In this document: positions 26,678-36,700 of the stretch, one piece after another
How positions within the stretch are numbered: position 1 is the stretch's first letter
Layout: each line of letters opens with the position of its first letter
Source of the DNA: a virus
Taxonomy: Duplodnaviria; Caudoviricetes
Direction: 5' to 3' (one strand)
Virus record (IMG/VR): IMGVR_UViG_3300011226_000001
Span: 32,001 to 96,000 of that record
DNA length: 64,000 nt
Translations under genes and position numbers: made by a program
The notes under the pieces: model-generated
What the model saw: only the letters and a program-made list of their open reading frames with translations
The model's database searches: none
What the model was told of the DNA's origin: nothing

Positions 26678-28391
26678 GCTGATCACCTGGCTGTAGGTCG
26701 GCGGCTGCAACATAGCGGCTGCCGTCTACTAACCACGGATGGTCTAACGTACATACATAAACAGTACCGTCAGACATTTCAACTTCCACCAGCTCGTCAA
26801 CATATTTGGTCAGACGCGGCTCGTCAAACACATGACGCTCGAACGACTGCTTTTCAATGTTGAAACTAATCCCTTCAAATACTTCACCCTGCTTTGTGCG
26901 CTCGGCAAGTTCTTCGAATGAGAAGACGCTACCATCTGCCAATCGAACAGGCGTGGTACCAATGAAACAACCACCAGCAGAGTCGCCTTCTACAACGATA
27001 AGCTCACGCTCATGAGGCTTACACTTGAGCGCAGAGATCAGGTCAGCAGGGAGTGAGTTGCCTTTCAGCTTCTTCTTCGTGTCTGCCATTGACTTAACAA
27101 CAGCGGACAGTTCTTCACGCCCCTTGTTCATCGCTTCGGCGCGTTTGATGATCGTCGTTGCGACTTTCTTATTGTCCTTGAAGTATTTCACGAATGCTTC
27201 TTTCAGCATCTCGTATACTTCTTTCTCAACACGACTCGCCAGCTTGTCTTTAACCTGTGAGGTGTATTGAGCGCCGTGCATACGCCAGTCGAACATACCT
27301 GTCAGGCCGATAAGCAAATCTTCTTGTTTGAAGTTCTGCTTCTTCTTGCCTTTGCCTTTCGATTCTTTCATGAAAGGTTTGATTGCTTCGAACAGCGCGT
27401 CACGGAAACCTACAACGTGCCACCCGCCGTCAATTGTCGGGCTGGTGTTAACGAAACTGAGGAAGTTGTCAGTGTCAGGATGATCTGTCCACGTCAGCGC
27501 AGCGGTGATGTTGTCGTTCTTGAAGATGAACGGTTTGCCAACTGAACCGAGTTCGCGTTCTTCAACCATCGTCTTAACAACGTGCGCGAGATCTTTCTTG
27601 TTATGGAAAGTGAACTCTTTGCGCTTGCCTTTCTTGATCAACGTCAGGCGAACTTCGAGGCCCGGGTTGAGCATAGACATGTTACGCAGCCAGCGGCCTA
27701 AATGATCAGGAAGCGGAGCGGCGTGACGATAGTTCTTCGGCAGCTTCTTACCACGCATAACGTCAGCAGACACAACAGTCTGGTCGAGCGTCCACGCAAC
27801 AATCGTACCATACTTGGTGTGCTTCTTATCTTTTAAGAGAGCCATAACATCTTTATCGACGCCTTTGACTTTCTTAGGGTCTTTACCAGATTGGGCTTCA
27901 CCTTTCTGCCACATCTGATACGCACAACCGCCTTTATACATTGACCAGACACGAAGTTGGTCAGACACTGCGTTCAATGCTGCAACGCCTACACCGTGAG
28001 TACCAGCAGAGGTCTTATATGCTTTATCATCGAACTTACCGCCGGCGTGTGTGCGACTGAACGCTGCGGTCATGATCGTTTCTTTGGTGCCGTTCTTCAA
28101 TTTCTTGAAGTCTGTCGGGATACCACCAGCATGGTCAGCTACAACGTTCAGGTCGTTGTCGTAGTCGATGACAACTTCGATGACTTTGTTCCTGTTGGCG
28201 ATGTACTCGTCATAGGCGTTATCCACCGCCTCTTTGACTGTACGGTATGCCATATCAGTACCGCGTTCACCTAAGTACATCCCTGGGTTGGCACGAAGTC
28301 CCGATAGGCCTTCATGAATGACGAAGCCTTCCTGCTCACCGCCGTCACCCGTTTTCTTTTTAACTTTTGCAGCTTTTGGCGTCTTAGCCAT
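26652..28391 (-). CDS. gyrB: GyrB/ParE N-terminal half (GHKL ATPase to the start of TOPRIM) fused to the N-intein
   Basis: RANPGMYLG, EAVDNAYDE, DHAGGIP, HAGGKF, GTHGVG, VEGDSAGG|CF. Confidence 0.93.
   Translation of the reverse strand: MAKTPKAAKVKKKTGDGGEQEGFVIHEGLSGLRANPGMYLGERGTDMAYRTVKEAVDNAYDEYIANRNKVIEVVIDYDNDLNVVADHAGGIPTDFKKLKNGTKETIMTAAFSRTHAGGKFDDKAYKTSAGTHGVGVAALNAVSDQLRVWSMYKGGCAYQMWQKGEAQSGKDPKKVKGVDKDVMALLKDKKHTKYGTIVAWTLDQTVVSADVMRGKKLPKNYRHAAPLPDHLGRWLRNMSMLNPGLEVRLTLIKKGKRKEFTFHNKKDLAHVVKTMVEERELGSVGKPFIFKNDNITAALTWTDHPDTDNFLSFVNTSPTIDGGWHVVGFRDALFEAIKPFMKESKGKGKKKQNFKQEDLLIGLTGMFDWRMHGAQYTSQVKDKLASRVEKEVYEMLKEAFVKYFKDNKKVATTIIKRAEAMNKGREELSAVVKSMADTKKKLKGNSLPADLISALKCKPHERELIVVEGDSAGGCFIGTTPVRLADGSVFSFEELAERTKQGEVFEGISFNIEKQSFERHVFDEPRLTKYVDELVEVEMSDGTVYVCTLDHPWLVDGSRYVAAADLQPGDQLTKFDGHY
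26655..26969 (-). mobile_element. split intein, N-terminal fragment (105 aa)
   Basis: CFIGTTPVRLADG (block A), CTLDHPW (block B), AADLQPGDQL, then stop. Confidence 0.92.
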
Positions 28392-28421
28392 TGTAAGTTT
28401 CTCCGAATGAAAACACGATTG

Positions 28422-29420
28422 TTATTTACACTTACGTTTGTCGTAGGCGTCAACAATCTGTTCAACCGTATACTTGCCGTAATAGTCGTCAAATATATCG
28501 CCATGCTTTTTCTCAAACGCTGCAATGCGCTTGAGCAAGTCGTCCAACTCAATATGATTCATACTGTGCTTAATCATATTAGTTCTTGCAGCCATCAATT
28601 TCAAATTGCACGGATGACAAATAACAGACAGAGCTACAGGCTGCTTGCGCGGCACATAGTCTTTTCCGTTGAACTCGTAATAACCGTTCGTCTTCGAGAA
28701 CTGATGATCAAGATGAATGTCTTTCGACTCACCAGACAACCATCTGTCTATACGATGCGTACCCTCAGGGAACAAGTGTGGGAAACGCGATACCACCATG
28801 TACGTGAAGCGGTGAACGATTCGTTTGTATTGAACGAACGTTATACCGCACAGGCTTCGGTCTAAGTTATTCTCCCATGCTTGAATCGCAGTCTTTGAGA
28901 AAAGGATTGTACCTTTCTTTATCTTGTGGCGTCTACCATGCTTCGTTGCTTCGGCTATCGCTTCTGCATGGGTCCGTCGTTCAATGCCGACTGACTCAAA
29001 GTAACGAGACAGCATACAGGTCTTAAACGGAAGCCCTGTCTTCTCACGTATGACCTCTGCTATTGAGCTTCTGGTCATTCCCTTATCCTGATACATGCTC
29101 ACCAGCAATGAGTGGTTCTTCGCACAAAACGCATTGGCGTCTTCGTCACTCATAGTCTTTTTCTTTCGTGTCAGAGAAAACGCGTTAAGAGCTTTCTGCA
29201 CCGACGAGTGAGGTATACCTGTCTTCTCGGTAATCCCTCTAAGAGTCAATTGCTGGTCAACATACAGTTCAGTGAGCAACTGGCGCAAGGCTTTATTCTG
29301 CACCAGTGCCCATCCACCGTTTGTCTGTTTCTTGTAGGTTAGACCTTTCTTTTTGAGAATGTCGCCCACATTACCTACAGACCTCGGAATTGCAACATAC
29401 ATAAAACACCCCGAATACAT
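28422..29420 (-). CDS. putative HNH homing endonuclease with N-terminal HTH repeats
   Basis: LYVDQQLTLRGITEKTGIP and MYQDKGMTRSSIAE HTH-like segments; HLDHQFS..HPCNLKLM..TNMIKH. Confidence 0.65.
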   Translation of the reverse strand: MYSGCFMYVAIPRSVGNVGDILKKKGLTYKKQTNGGWALVQNKALRQLLTELYVDQQLTLRGITEKTGIPHSSVQKALNAFSLTRKKKTMSDEDANAFCAKNHSLLVSMYQDKGMTRSSIAEVIREKTGLPFKTCMLSRYFESVGIERRTHAEAIAEATKHGRRHKIKKGTILFSKTAIQAWENNLDRSLCGITFVQYKRIVHRFTYMVVSRFPHLFPEGTHRIDRWLSGESKDIHLDHQFSKTNGYYEFNGKDYVPRKQPVALSVICHPCNLKLMAARTNMIKHSMNHIELDDLLKRIAAFEKKHGDIFDDYYGKYTVEQIVDAYDKRKCK

Positions 29421-29484
29421 CGTCTGAAATACATACTATAAATTAGTGTATTTTGGCTTTTGTACACGGGTTTTCTCTACAGCT

Positions 29485-29540
29485 ATTATATCACACTTTA
29501 GTATTAGACGCTACCCTCGTTCTGTCCAACAATATGCAGA
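29485..29540 (-). promoter_or_regulatory. sigma70-like promoter with upstream TGGAC box
   Basis: Minus strand TTGGACAGAA..TGTGATATAAT. Confidence 0.65.
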
Positions 29541-29564
29541 GTTCGAGTTAAGTCAACTATAGGG

Positions 29565-29903
29565 CTATTCTTCGTTTCGTGTCAGACTGCGGTACTCTGC
29601 GTACACGTCAGCGTCTTGACGTAGTGGGTATTCAGCTTGCATACCACCAGCAACCCAGTCTTCAACTAGTTTGGTTATCGTGCCATAGCGAACCAGTTCA
29701 TCGCCTGTCAGGCCCTCTAACAGTTTGGTTGGCATCAGACTTTCTTTGTTGACGAGATCGCACATCATAGCCTGATGGCTTGTGCTGAAACTGACAATGC
29801 ACAGGTAGCGATCAGAGATCGGCAGAACGCGAAACAGTTGCTCACGGATTGTTTCCATGAGATTGAAGTAGCGGTGGATTTGTTCAGACAGTTTCTGAGC
29901 CAT
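29565..29903 (-). CDS. hypothetical protein
   Basis: Start MAQKLSE with GGAG RBS. Confidence 0.65.
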   Translation of the reverse strand: MAQKLSEQIHRYFNLMETIREQLFRVLPISDRYLCIVSFSTSHQAMMCDLVNKESLMPTKLLEGLTGDELVRYGTITKLVEDWVAGGMQAEYPLRQDADVYAEYRSLTRNEE

Positions 29904-30378
29904 GATCGCATTCTCCGTTACAGACGTGTTTGTTTTCGAGGTGCAGCACTTGAGGCTGAGTGAGAATCTTGAAGCCGTTACCGTCAGCAATCATGTTGCG
30001 ACACTCACGCTCAAGGGCTTCACGTTGAGCATGTTCCATAACAACAATACGAAACGCTTCGACACATGCAGGGAGATCTTCGCGCATTGTGATTGTAGAC
30101 ACGTCAGTACCGCTTCGGACTGGAACGATACCCATGCAGATATCAGCGAAGTAGCGTTCGGCGATTTCTAGTGCAGCAGCGAGAGAGGTTGGGTTAGAGC
30201 CAGATGCAGGGAGAACGTTAGCGTCGCGCAACGTTTTGAGAGAGCGAGCAAGACGTGCACCAGCTTCTAAGCGCATAGACATTAGCTCATAGTAGCTCGG
30301 CTTATCTTGTTTGGGGGATGTTTTGACAGGGAGAGTATCGTCGGGCAGGTCGTCATTAAGCAGATGTTCGGCGGACAT
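29884..30378 (-). CDS. hypothetical protein
   Basis: Start MSAEHLL with GAGG RBS. Confidence 0.7.
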   Translation of the reverse strand: MSAEHLLNDDLPDDTLPVKTSPKQDKPSYYELMSMRLEAGARLARSLKTLRDANVLPASGSNPTSLAAALEIAERYFADICMGIVPVRSGTDVSTITMREDLPACVEAFRIVVMEHAQREALERECRNMIADGNGFKILTQPQVLHLENKHVCNGECDHGSETV

Positions 30379-30411
30379 AAAGAATACCTCAAAAAATCGT
30401 ATAGATATGAC

Positions 30412-30443
30412 AAAAGGGCAAACGCTCGTCAGCGCTGCCCTTT
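30412..30443 (-). terminator. intrinsic terminator after the H1-like gene
   Basis: AAAGGGCA..TGCCCTTT stem followed by a T-tract. Confidence 0.55.
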
Positions 30444-30476
30444 CGATCAAGTGACCGCTAGTGCGCGATTACTTGC

Positions 30477-31001
30477 TTATTCCATTTCGAAGTCGAAGTC
30501 TTCGGATTCTTTTTTCTGCTTACCAGCTTTCGCTTTTTTGTCGCCTTTCACTTTCTTGGCGGCTTTGTCTGCTTTAGCAGGCTTGGCAGCTTTTTCGCCT
30601 TTAGCTTTTTTATCAGCTTTGGCCGGCTTTTCAGCTTTTGCTTTTTTGTCTGCTTTAGCAGGCTTTTCAGCTTTTGCTTTCTTTTCGCCTTTCTCAGCTT
30701 TAGCAGGTTTTTCTGCTTTAGCTTTCTTGCCAGCTTTTTCAGCTTTGGCCGGCTTTTCAGCTTTTGCTTTTTTGTCTGCTTTAGCAGGCTTTTCAGCTTT
30801 TGCTTTAGCAGCTTTCGGCGCTTTAGCCGGAGCAGCAGTTTCGCCAGACAGCGCTTCAACCTGAGCGGTGATACCTTCGCGGCGTGCAGCCAGGTTAGCT
30901 TTCTCAGCAGTCAGAGATGCGATGGTTTTGTCCAGAGCGTTCTCAGATTTAGAGATGGCTTTAACTTCTTTGTTCAGGCCGCTAATGATTTTCTTAGTCA
31001 T
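30477..31001 (-). CDS. histone H1-like Lys/Ala-rich DNA-binding protein
   Basis: About six KAKAEKPAKA(D/E)K-type repeats after an N-terminal coiled coil. Confidence 0.8.
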   Translation of the reverse strand: MTKKIISGLNKEVKAISKSENALDKTIASLTAEKANLAARREGITAQVEALSGETAAPAKAPKAAKAKAEKPAKADKKAKAEKPAKAEKAGKKAKAEKPAKAEKGEKKAKAEKPAKADKKAKAEKPAKADKKAKGEKAAKPAKADKAAKKVKGDKKAKAGKQKKESEDFDFEME

Positions 31002-31217
31002 GGTAGATCCTTACTTTATATTTGATGCGGCGTTTTCACCGCTGGATGAAAAGATAAATTTGTTCAGGTTTGATTTCCTGTAGACGTACATTATTATAAT
31101 CAACATACGTCTGCAAGAAATTTTGAAACTTTTTACAAAAATATTCGAAAGTTTTTATCGAATATTTGCCCCTCGCTCATTCATCAGAACTAGAGGGGCG
31201 CGCCGGATCAGAAGCTA

Positions 31218-32018
31218 TTACTCGTCGTCTTCGTCTTCGTCTTCATCGTCGAAGTCTTCGTCGTCTTCATCTTCGTCTTCGTCGTCTTCGTCGTCTTCAC
31301 CGCCGAAGTGTTCTTCGCAGAGTTCGCGCAGTTCATCTTCGTCCATTTTCTTCGCCTTTTTAGCGGCGGCCAGCTTGTGTTCGATTACCAGGGCGCGAAG
31401 TTCGTCTTCGTCGAGGGCGTCGAGATCGAGGTCTTCATCATCCTCGTCTTCATCTTCGTCCTCGTCTTCATCTTCGTCTTCGTCGTCCTCTTCTTCATCG
31501 TCGCCGTCTTCGTCGTCTTCGTCGTCCTCTTCTTCATCATCAGAGTCTTCGTCGTCTTCGTCGTCGTCGCCGTCTTCATCTTCGTCGTCGGACTCTTCGT
31601 CCTCGTCTTCGTCCTCTTCTTCTTCGTCTTCGTCCTCTTCGGACTCGCCGCCCAGGTTGTCGTTCAGCAGTTCGCGCAGTTCGTCTTCATCCAGCGCTTT
31701 AGCTTTCTTAGCGGTAGACAGTTTGGCTTTGACAACCGCTTCGCGCAGGGTGTCTTCGTCAACGCCGGAAATGTCCAATTCTTCTTCGTCCTTCACAGCA
31801 GCGACGATTTCAGCGACGGTAGGTGCTTTGGCCTTTTTGCCTTTAGCAGCTTTACCGCCTTTGTCAGCTTTAACAACTTTACCACCAGACACGGTCAGAC
31901 CGGCAGATGCGAGCAGCGCAGCGATTTCTTTGTCGGTTGCGTTCTCTACTACGACACCCAGCATTTTAGCCAGAACCAGAGATGCGGTGTTAACGGTTGC
32001 TTTAGCAGCTTTAGCCAT
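31218..32018 (-). CDS. highly acidic protein with two DEDELRE helical modules
   Basis: Long D/E tracts, strong codon bias. Confidence 0.8.
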   Translation of the reverse strand: MAKAAKATVNTASLVLAKMLGVVVENATDKEIAALLASAGLTVSGGKVVKADKGGKAAKGKKAKAPTVAEIVAAVKDEEELDISGVDEDTLREAVVKAKLSTAKKAKALDEDELRELLNDNLGGESEEDEDEEEEDEDEDEESDDEDEDGDDDEDDEDSDDEEEDDEDDEDGDDEEEDDEDEDEDEDEDEDEDDEDLDLDALDEDELRALVIEHKLAAAKKAKKMDEDELRELCEEHFGGEDDEDDEDEDEDDEDFDDEDEDEDDE

Positions 32019-32064
32019 GATTTGTTTTTCCTGTTTGATTAGAAGCGACGTTGCTTCAATTAAG

Positions 32065-32134
32065 ATTTACAGATTTCGAGAGACAGGCAGCGAGAACATT
32101 TTATCTCGCTGCGTACTTAATATTTACAGATTTC
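32065..32134 (-). promoter_or_regulatory. tandem GAAATCTGTAAAT motifs (candidate late promoter)
   Basis: Two identical 13-mers (32065-32077, 32122-32134) flanking a hairpin; the same 13-mer occurs at 22811. Confidence 0.5.
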
Positions 32135-32167
32135 AGAAAGTCAGTTAAAAGTCTTCGTCAGACTTTA

Positions 32168-32722
32168 TTACTTTTTTGCTTTCTTTACCAGCTTGGCTGG
32201 CTTACCGCCTTTTTCAGCTTTGTCAGCTTTCTTGGCTTTAACCGGAGCGGCAGTGCCGTACTTTTTAGCAGCGGCAGTTTCGTTCACGGTCGGACGAACG
32301 GTGTACCCTGGCAGCGCGGTGTTGATCTGAACAACTTCGCCGGTTTCAACAGAAGTAGCGTGGATGAAGTTACCAACGTACTTAACAGTGAAGCCTTTGT
32401 ACTCACGAATCGGAGCAGAGATCAGAGCAGTAACGCTACCGTGCGTACCGGCTTCACCCAGAACAGACAGAATCTGGTTCGGACCGAAAGTAGAAACGAT
32501 CTGAGCAGAAGAACCGTGACCACGTTTGTGACGAATAGTTACGCTGTTGTCGGTGCGGTCAGTGATAAAACCAATCAGCTCAACGGCGTGGACGCTTTCG
32601 ATCAGGATGTCGTGCGGCAGTTCAGCAGGCTTAACTTTAGAGGTGCTGATAGAACCAGATTTCTTAGCGATACGCTGTGCCAGAGTAGGTACCAGTGAAT
32701 TGCTCTTTGTTGCTTTAGCCAT
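32168..32722 (-). CDS. basic hypothetical protein, probably highly expressed
   Basis: Strong codon bias; Lys/Ala-rich ends around a beta-rich core. Confidence 0.8.
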   Translation of the reverse strand: MAKATKSNSLVPTLAQRIAKKSGSISTSKVKPAELPHDILIESVHAVELIGFITDRTDNSVTIRHKRGHGSSAQIVSTFGPNQILSVLGEAGTHGSVTALISAPIREYKGFTVKYVGNFIHATSVETGEVVQINTALPGYTVRPTVNETAAAKKYGTAAPVKAKKADKAEKGGKPAKLVKKAKK

Positions 32723-32817
32723 TGTAATGCTCCGGGATTTATAAGTGTGAGCTAGTTGCTCGGTTCGAACTTCAATTAGTGTTTACAGTTTCGATTACAG
32801 GTAACTTTTACAGATTT

Positions 32818-33645
32818 CTAAAAGCTATGATTAATCAAATCTAAACAAATCGTGAGAAGCGACTCGCAGAATAATTCTTCGTACTCGTCATCTTCTTCCA
32901 GTGCTTCGATATCATCGACAACTGCAACACGCAGCCAGTCGAATGAGTAGCAGATGTTACGCGCACCACTGCCCATGTGAGCCGCTTTCTTATGCGCTTC
33001 CCACACATGCTTCAACATAGTGCGAGACACTTCGAACTGCGGGTCTTTCAAGAACAGGTTAACGTTCGCTTCGATGTAGGCTTTAAGCGCTTCACGCAGC
33101 GTTTCACCCTTAGGTGTATCTGCGTTAATGGCAGAGCAGTACATTGCGACAGAGCGATACAGCGAAGGCTGTTTAATCACGGTGTCAATCTTGTTCTGCT
33201 CGGCGAGTGCGCGAGCAACCTTGTTCGTTTCACGGTTTACAGTACCGTGTGCGAGTTGCATAACGACATTGTGGTAGTGACTAACACCAGCACACATTAT
33301 CATATGCAGAGCAAACGGAAGCGGGTTCGCTGCTTCGTGCTTACTCTTTACAGATTCGAGTTCAGCTTTCACGGTGCGAAGTTCTTGTGTCTGCTCATTG
33401 CAGAATCCAACAAGTTCTTTGATACGCTCGTCACGTAAAGCAATGGTATCGGTGTGCAGACGGTCTTGACGTTGAAGTGCAACACGCAGGATAGTGTTAC
33501 TGCGTGTCTCATTCTCTAAAACGTTTTCCACGTCTTTCTTATCGCCAACAGCCTCCGCCAGTTCGGCAGTAAGCTCACGAATTTTATCGTCACGGCTACT
33601 AAGCATCTGCGCGATGTTAGCTCCGTGGTCTACTTCTTGTGTCAT
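32818..33645 (-). CDS. hypothetical coiled-coil protein
   Basis: 275-aa ORF. Confidence 0.75.
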   Translation of the reverse strand: MTQEVDHGANIAQMLSSRDDKIRELTAELAEAVGDKKDVENVLENETRSNTILRVALQRQDRLHTDTIALRDERIKELVGFCNEQTQELRTVKAELESVKSKHEAANPLPFALHMIMCAGVSHYHNVVMQLAHGTVNRETNKVARALAEQNKIDTVIKQPSLYRSVAMYCSAINADTPKGETLREALKAYIEANVNLFLKDPQFEVSRTMLKHVWEAHKKAAHMGSGARNICYSFDWLRVAVVDDIEALEEDDEYEELFCESLLTICLDLINHSF

Positions 33646-33662
33646 GTTTACAGATCCCCAGG

Positions 33663-33689
33663 AAAAGTAAGCGGCCCTTTCGAGCCGCT
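33663..33689 (-). terminator. intrinsic terminator
   Basis: AGCGGCTC-GAAA-GGGCCGCT hairpin then TACTTTT. Confidence 0.7.
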
Positions 33690-33702
33690 CAATCAGACGT
33701 TA

Positions 33703-36700
33703 TTACTCGTCTTCGCCGTCTTCGTCTTCGTTCTCTTCGGATTCTTCTTCCTGAGGAGAACACAGTACCAGAACAGTCAAGTCACCGCCATTGTCGAACG
33801 TTGCAGCAGCCAGACCACCAGACAGAATAGACAGCGGCAGGTCGCGGGTGTCGAGAGCACTTGCTACTTCGATCACGTCTTCGGCATCGTCGAAGTTTGC
33901 AGCGTCAGCGGCAGAGTAAGACTGTACGCCTTCCATAGTGCGCAGCGCGGTCAGTGCATCGTACAGGCGGTCGTTGTTCAGCAGTGCTGCGGATTCCAGA
34001 GTGAAGCCTGCGTACACTTTGATACCTTCAACGGTACCGGCCAGAGCGATAACACGATTAACAGCGGCTTGCACCAGCAGAGAAACATCGGAGTCACCCC
34101 AGAAGCCAGGGACAGCAACGTTCATCACAGTGGTGTGCAGCGCGACGTGTGCAGTGTCAACCTGAACAGGACGAACGCGAGACTTAGCGTTGTACAGGCT
34201 TGCAATCGGCAGATGGTCACCCTGCATTTCTGCGAACTGATCTTCGTCGAGATAACCCAGCTCACTCGCTTGCTGCATTTCTTCGTCGTCGATGAAGTCA
34301 CCAACTACGAGACCCGCTTCGCTTGGGTCCATGCCTTCTTCGATACGGCCGGCGTACAGAGAAGCAGAGATTTCTTCTTCCAGAGTTTGCTCAAGGCTTT
34401 CAGCCCAGGCAGCAACGTCGAACGTTTTCGGGTCTGCCATGAAGCGCGTAGTGCTGGTGCGCTCAATGATATCCAGCAGAGACTGCGCTGGCAGGTGCAT
34501 CGCGCCAGGCGCTTTACCAGCTTTGCCCAGGTTGAACGGGTAGCGGTAGTTGAAGCCGTTAATGTCAGACAGTTCGCTTTCAATCGGCGAGTACGTGTTG
34601 CCGTCGGTCAGAGTGAAGTTGATGATCAGCGTCTGGTCCATATCGACAGTCAGCATCGGGCCAACGCGATTTGTGGTGTCAACAGTTTTGACGAATTTCA
34701 GATGATCGTTTTCAGCAACAGCACTAACGTCTGCTTCTTCTGCTTCGTCTTCGCTCTCTTCGGCGTCTTCTTCTTCGTCTTCATCCTGATCGGCAACTTC
34801 GTCGTCGTTCAGGAACGCAGGGAGTACGGCCAGCAGCGCGTCAACAAAGTCCAGGTCTTCACCGTCTGCAACTTCGGACAGGTCGATACCGTAGTTAGTT
34901 GCGATTTCTTCGACAGCAGCAAAGTCGTCTTCGCTACCACCGTTGAGGATCGCTTCGATCATGTCGTCAACAGTTTCGCTTTCGTCAACGAGGATGCCCA
35001 GGCTTTCAGCTACGTGCTGCACGGTCGCTTCGTCGTACTGAGACAGCAGAGCGCGGAGTTCGTCTTCGTTAGAAGTCACGTCAGTGTCTTCTTCAACAGC
35101 GATAGGGCTGGTCTGGCTTTGAATGCGGGTGAACGCTTTCATTACCTGAACGATAGACATTGCAGATACATCTTCGCCCATCGCTTCAACAGCGGCGGCA
35201 CGTTGTTCAGCAGTCAGCACACCGCCGGTGAACTGGAAGTAGTCAAGCGGATCAGTTACTGCATCGATCTGGTCTTGCACTTCGTCGGTTTCTTCTTCGG
35301 ACTCTTCCTCTTCTTCGGAGTCTTCATCTTCCTCCTCAGAATCGTCTTCGTCCTCTTCTTCTTCGCCGTCTTCTTCTTCGTCGGCGTCGTCTTCTTCTTC
35401 GTCTTCATCAGACGGCAGAGCTGCCAGCATGTTCGGGCAGTCGATTTCGTGCTCTTGCAGAGCGCCAACGAAGGTGTTCAGAGTTTCGATCATCTCTTCT
35501 TCGGTCGCACCTTCAACCAGCTCCAGCAGTTTGGCAGTCAGAGTCTCGACAGTATCAGACTTCATGACTTTCAGATCCTGGGTGCGAACAAGAATTTTCA
35601 GACCGGTACGATCCAGTTCTTCGGAGACCAGAACAGAAGCGAGGAATTGAACAGCGTCGAAGCCTTCGCTTTCTTCGTCGTCTTCTTCTTCGTCTTCTGC
35701 GTCATCATCGCTCTGACCGGCATCGCCTTTTTCCAGCCAGATTGCTTGCTCGGTGTCGAACGACTCACGAATACCGTCTTCGTTCATTGCAGTCAGATCA
35801 TAACCAATCGCTTCGAGCGCTTCGGTCATTTGCTCAACAGACAGCGTTTCAGCTTTGTAGCCGAACAGGTCAGTGCCGGTCGCAACTTCTTCTTCGTCAC
35901 CCGCTTCCTGCTGATCAACAACTTCGTCTTCTGCGTCGAAGTCTTCGCTCAGGTTTACAGGCGTTGCGTTGGTAGGTTGTTTCACGTTCAGTTCTCCGTT
36001 ATTTGGAATTGCAGCAACGATCTCGCTGCTAATAGTTTGCATGATGAAAGTACGCACAGCACCAGACAGCACAGTAACAGGGTTAGCTGGCAACGCGCTG
36101 TAGTCAATTACCGCTTTATCGAGAGCACCATCAGTTTCATCAATGCTTGTGATATTTACAGTTTGCAGAGCTTCCACCTGAGCGGCGAGTGCCTGAATGT
36201 AAGTACCTGCTTTGCTTTCTTCAACAATCGAGATTGAGTGAATCCCAAACTCGGCTGCCAAGTCTGACAGATCGCTTTCGCCTGCACTAAACAGTGCGAG
36301 AGACAGACTACCGTGCATCTCAGATACTGCTTTATTTACAGTATATGAAACGATGACAGCATCACCTTCACCCACTTTGATGCGCTCGTCAATGCGAGTC
36401 GGCACACCGTTGTTAGGGTGCAGGATGTAGTACGCGCTGTTCTGATCGGTAGACTGACCAGAGGCACGTTCGATCAGGCTCGGCAGACGATCCATTACCT
36501 TGCCTTCAATCTGCTTTTCGTGCAGTTGCTCGTCGGCGCTCATATACGAGAAGCGACCATGAGCATTCAGTGAAGTCAGGACGACGATTGTGCATTTGTT
36601 CACACGACCGCTTTCGGCAGAATTAGCACGACGCTGTTCGTCGCTGATCTGCTTTTGTGTTTCGGAACCAAATGATGATGCAGCGCCCAGATTGTTATTT

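Noticed and set aside
30580-30820. CRISPR-like or iteron-like DNA repeats
   Set aside because: In-frame coding repeats of the H1-like protein with no unique spacers.
31123-32148. Poly-Ser and F/V-rich plus-strand ORFs (also 40101-41767, 30307-30864, 39270-40073)
   Set aside because: Reverse-complement artefacts of D/E- or K/A-rich genes.
32168-32722. Hfq/Sm-like fold for the 184-aa basic protein
   Set aside because: Only a loose resemblance (ELIGFITDRTDNSVTI); not supportable without a profile search.
33625-36237. 870-aa plus-strand ORF
   Set aside because: Antisense shadow of the codon-biased 1000-aa acidic gene; its F/V-rich composition mirrors GAA/GAC codons; no RBS or motifs.
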